Shown here: positions 61,143 to 64,000 of the stretch, in pieces
Layout of the letters: the number at the start of each line of letters is the position of its first letter
How positions within the stretch are numbered: the stretch's first letter is position 1
DNA from: an uncultured Bacteroidales bacterium
GTDB lineage: Bacteria; Bacteroidota; Bacteroidia; Bacteroidales; Muribaculaceae
Assembly: GCA_945829225.1 (NCBI GenBank)
Contig: CALZTY010000002.1
Location: 9,060-73,059 of the forward strand
Direction of reading: 5' to 3'
Length of the DNA stretch: 64,000 nt
Notes under the pieces: model-generated
The model's database searches: none
What the model was told of the DNA's origin: nothing
What the model saw: the letters and a program-made list of their open reading frames with translations, nothing else
Made by a program: the position numbers and the translations under genes

Positions 61143-63053
61143 TTAGAGGCGTACCTTGGTGGCGGTGGTGCCGCAGCGGCGGATGTAGATGTTGCCGGCG
61201 GCGGGATTGCTCACGCGCATGCCCTGGAGGTTGTAGTACTCGACAACACCCTCGATGGTGTCGTCCTCGATGGCGCTGATGCCTCCGAGTTTCTTCACCT
61301 CGATGGCGTGGCTGCCGGTGGTGACGAAGGTGCAGATGCCGTCCTCGTCATACTCGCCGAGGACACCGTCGATGTAGACCTCGCAGTCGTCATCGGGAAG
61401 TATCTGAAATTCGGTGCCGTCGTAGCACTTCAGCGGTTCGCTGAAGTCTTCCCAGAAGACAATCTTGTCGTAGCATACTATGGCATAAGCATCTTCGGCG
61501 ATAGTGCAAGTCACGTCTGATGCGCGGTGGGTAGTGCCGTCAAAGAAGATTTTCACTACCGACTCGTTGCCGGGCTTGATTACAAATTGGCTGTAAGCAT
61601 CGGGAGTAATAGCCTTGCCGTCGACAACTACGGTCGGGTTGTTGATATCCGACAAGGAAGCCACGGTCAGGGGCGACATGTAGTCGTAGTCGAAGGATAC
61701 ATAGTTGTAGCCCTCGGTGAGCACTCCGGCGCTGAAACGTACATTGGCGGGTTCGCCGGCATAGTAGACGATGATGTCGGTATCAGCCTCAATTTTCTCG
61801 GCTACCACATACAATGTGGTGGAAGTCACGGGGTTGGAGGCGAATACGGCGGTGTCCTCGCAGCGGGCGGTGCGCAACCAGTAGCCGTCGGTCACAAAGT
61901 AGTTGATATAGGTGTATTTGCTGCTTACCTCGAAGGTATATTTGCGCACATCGGCGGCGGGAATGGTCCATGCGCCGTCGACATCGCTTTGAGGTAGCAC
62001 GATATCCTCGGTGACTGCTTCGCCCTCGCCGAGGTCCACTACATAGCCGTTGTGTTGGTTGCCTGCCCATATTTCGACGCCTTCACCTGCAACGATATAT
62101 GCGGTGTAGGTGACTGTGCCATATTGCTTGGGGCTTGCATCTACCTTGAGCGTGCCCGAGGTGTTGACAGTGAAAGTCAACTGGGTCGACTCACTGCTAT
62201 AGCCGAGGTCCTCGCCCTCAAAGGTCACCTTGGTGATGTCGTATTCGTCGCTGAAGGTGAGGCGCACGCGGTTGCCCTCCTCGACCACGAAGGTATTGTT
62301 CTCGAGAGAGAGTATCTCCAGGAGCGAACTGTTGAAGTAGTTGGTGATGCAATCTTCGCAGCCCTCGGGAAACTCGACGGTTACCGTGCAGGGCTTGGGA
62401 GCATCGTCATCGTTCTCGTACACGCGCACCACGATTACATCGCCATTGGCGATATTCACGCGGAAATAATTCTCCCACGAGCGGCGTGTTACTTCGGTAC
62501 CGTTGAGTGTCACCTTGTAGATTTCGGTGCCGGTCTTGGGGGTGATATACATCTGTGTGTCGAGGGTGGAGTTGAAGGTGTAGACGTTCTCACCGGCATT
62601 CACCGGGGTGAGCACCTCGCCGGTACCGACGAGCATGAGCGACTCAATCTTCTCGACACCATTCTCGATATTGACGGTTACCGAGGCATCGCGCACCAAT
62701 TCGCTGGTGGTGATGGTGAAGGTGCGACCGGTGTAGGTGGTCGAGGTCATCGAGATAGAGAAGGAGTTGTTCTTGAGCGCTACCGAGCAGGTATTGCCAT
62801 TGTCGTCGAGGTAGGTGCACGACTCGAGGATGCGGTTGGTGCCGGCGGTGATGGTGGCGCTGGGCCAGTCGCTCTTGGGGTACGTGAGGGTGATGGTGGT
62901 GGCATCGGCGGGTATGTCGACGTTGTTGCGTCCCACGCGCACATTGATGGCGCCGGGGAGGTCCCAGTTGAGGGTAATGGATACGGTTTCCTCTTGTGCG
63001 GCAGCGCCTATGGCTATAATTGCCGCAATGAGGGCTGTATAGAGCCTTTTCAT
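61143..63053 (-). CDS. Secreted protein of unknown function with a T9SS C-terminal sorting domain
   Basis: 636 aa. Signal peptide, beta-rich and Cys-containing repeats. C-terminus VVEYYNLQGMRVSNPAAGNIYIRRCGTTATKVRL is T9SS CTD-like. Confidence 0.65.
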   Translation of the reverse strand: MKRLYTALIAAIIAIGAAAQEETVSITLNWDLPGAINVRVGRNNVDIPADATTITLTYPKSDWPSATITAGTNRILESCTYLDDNGNTCSVALKNNSFSISMTSTTYTGRTFTITTSELVRDASVTVNIENGVEKIESLMLVGTGEVLTPVNAGENVYTFNSTLDTQMYITPKTGTEIYKVTLNGTEVTRRSWENYFRVNIANGDVIVVRVYENDDDAPKPCTVTVEFPEGCEDCITNYFNSSLLEILSLENNTFVVEEGNRVRLTFSDEYDITKVTFEGEDLGYSSESTQLTFTVNTSGTLKVDASPKQYGTVTYTAYIVAGEGVEIWAGNQHNGYVVDLGEGEAVTEDIVLPQSDVDGAWTIPAADVRKYTFEVSSKYTYINYFVTDGYWLRTARCEDTAVFASNPVTSTTLYVVAEKIEADTDIIVYYAGEPANVRFSAGVLTEGYNYVSFDYDYMSPLTVASLSDINNPTVVVDGKAITPDAYSQFVIKPGNESVVKIFFDGTTHRASDVTCTIAEDAYAIVCYDKIVFWEDFSEPLKCYDGTEFQILPDDDCEVYIDGVLGEYDEDGICTFVTTGSHAIEVKKLGGISAIEDDTIEGVVEYYNLQGMRVSNPAAGNIYIRRCGTTATKVRL

Positions 63054-63071
63054 GATGCTTTATTATTAAGA

Positions 63072-63998
63072 TTATTTAACGATTACCTTGGCGACACCCT
63101 TGCTTGTGGCGACGATGTACATGCCGGCGGGCAGGGTGGCAACTTCTTGTGCCTCGGCTACTTGGGCTACCTTCACACCTTGGAGATTGTAGATGGTGGC
63201 GGGTCCGCTCAGTGCCTCAGCGGCTTGGTCGGTGGTGATATCCTCGATGCCGGCACCGCCATCCAGGGGCAGGTCGTAGAAGTCTAAGCTATAGATATAT
63301 ACGCCGTCGATGAGGCGACGCACTACGCCGAGGGTGGGTTTCTTGCCATTGGTGTACACGAGGATGGAGGCGAGGGCACCGCGCTCGTCGGGAGTCACGC
63401 GCAGCAGTTCGCGTCCGTCGGGATACTCGGGCGAAGCCACTTGACCGATTACGAGGTTCTCGGTAATTGAACCATCGCTCTCGAGGTGCTTGATGAGCAC
63501 CATGTATTCGTTGTTGTCGTCGCTGTGGTAGAAATTGGCGGCGAGGGCTTTGCTGTCAATGTAGCACATGGCATACTGCACACCGCTACCCATATCCATG
63601 TGGTCGATGCGGTTCTCGGAGCCATCGGCATTGAACCATGCCACGCGCATCAGCGAGTGATTGCCATTGAAGGTGGGGTCGCGCATCTCCACGGCATAGC
63701 AGTATGAGTCGCCCACCGGGGTGCGGTCGATATTGGAGGTCAGAGCGTCGGTGTCGCTCACCTCGGTCTCCAGGGTGTAGGCAAAGGTGGCTGTCTGGCG
63801 GCACGAGTATAGGTCAACAAAGTTGAAGAATACGTTGCCGTTGTCGTCGGAGGTGAGGAAGAGGTGCTGGGGCTCGAAGCCGTCGATGTCGCTCAGCGCC
63901 AGTGTGCTCTGGGCGTTGCGGAAGATGGTGTTGCGCACCGAGCCGTCGGGGTTGACCACGTAGTACGAGTATATGAGGTAGTCGTCGGTCGAGGTCAC
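63072..63998 (-). CDS. Secreted protein with a T9SS C-terminal sorting domain (5' end lies outside the window)
   Basis: More than 308 aa, open to the window edge. C-terminus ATIYNLQGVKVAQV...LPAGMYIVATSKGVAKVIVK is T9SS CTD-like. Confidence 0.6.
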   Translation of the reverse strand: MTSTDDYLIYSYYVVNPDGSVRNTIFRNAQSTLALSDIDGFEPQHLFLTSDDNGNVFFNFVDLYSCRQTATFAYTLETEVSDTDALTSNIDRTPVGDSYCYAVEMRDPTFNGNHSLMRVAWFNADGSENRIDHMDMGSGVQYAMCYIDSKALAANFYHSDDNNEYMVLIKHLESDGSITENLVIGQVASPEYPDGRELLRVTPDERGALASILVYTNGKKPTLGVVRRLIDGVYIYSLDFYDLPLDGGAGIEDITTDQAAEALSGPATIYNLQGVKVAQVAEAQEVATLPAGMYIVATSKGVAKVIVK

Positions 63999-64000
63999 CT

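Overview
All calls come from reading the six-frame translations and the DNA by eye. No database search was run, so family names are motif-level recognitions, not hits.

The window looks like a Bacteroidales-type chromosome. It has a SusC/SusD polysaccharide utilisation locus (PUL), several proteins ending in type IX secretion (T9SS) C-terminal sorting domains, and TAnnTTTG -7-type promoter boxes 17-65 nt upstream of many start codons. The backbone is GC-rich and is interrupted by visibly AT-richer islets. I support about 50 CDS, two identical tRNA-Glu(UUC) genes flanking rpsT, several intrinsic terminators and several short repeat arrays. I found no rRNA, CRISPR array, transposase or integrase.

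Core genes:
- exbB-exbD-tonB, pdxJ, nadK, fabH, rpmF, a yceD-like gene, rpsT
- an AraC-type regulator next to an RND efflux triad
- a YfhO-like membrane protein, an Lrp/AsnC regulator and rex

Accessory content:
- a PIN/VapC toxin-antitoxin (TA) pair
- a large BspA-type LRR T9SS protein
- two orphan AAA ATPase genes, each with its own repeat array just upstream of the predicted promoter
- a TonB-dependent receptor with two OB-fold / choice-of-anchor-J lipoproteins
- an AT-rich Type I R-M island (hsdM, four-helix-bundle gene, hsdS, hsdR) with a 9-bp tandem repeat and a truncated DUF1016 gene bracketed by direct repeats
- an MntA/HepT pair inside a 2.3-kb islet bounded by copies of one palindrome
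- a GH66 (dextranase-type) PUL
- a C25 (PorU-like) peptidase and T9SS cargo genes

The best candidate for an undescribed system is the seven-gene cluster at 1079-6886. In transcription order it encodes a stand-alone LytTR protein, an FHA/TM/zinc-ribbon protein, an exported caspase with an intact His/Cys dyad, an acidic-ectodomain membrane protein, a zinc-ribbon-FHA protein, a second acidic-ectodomain membrane protein and an exported Sel1-repeat protein. The cluster contains no kinase, phosphatase or two-component partner.
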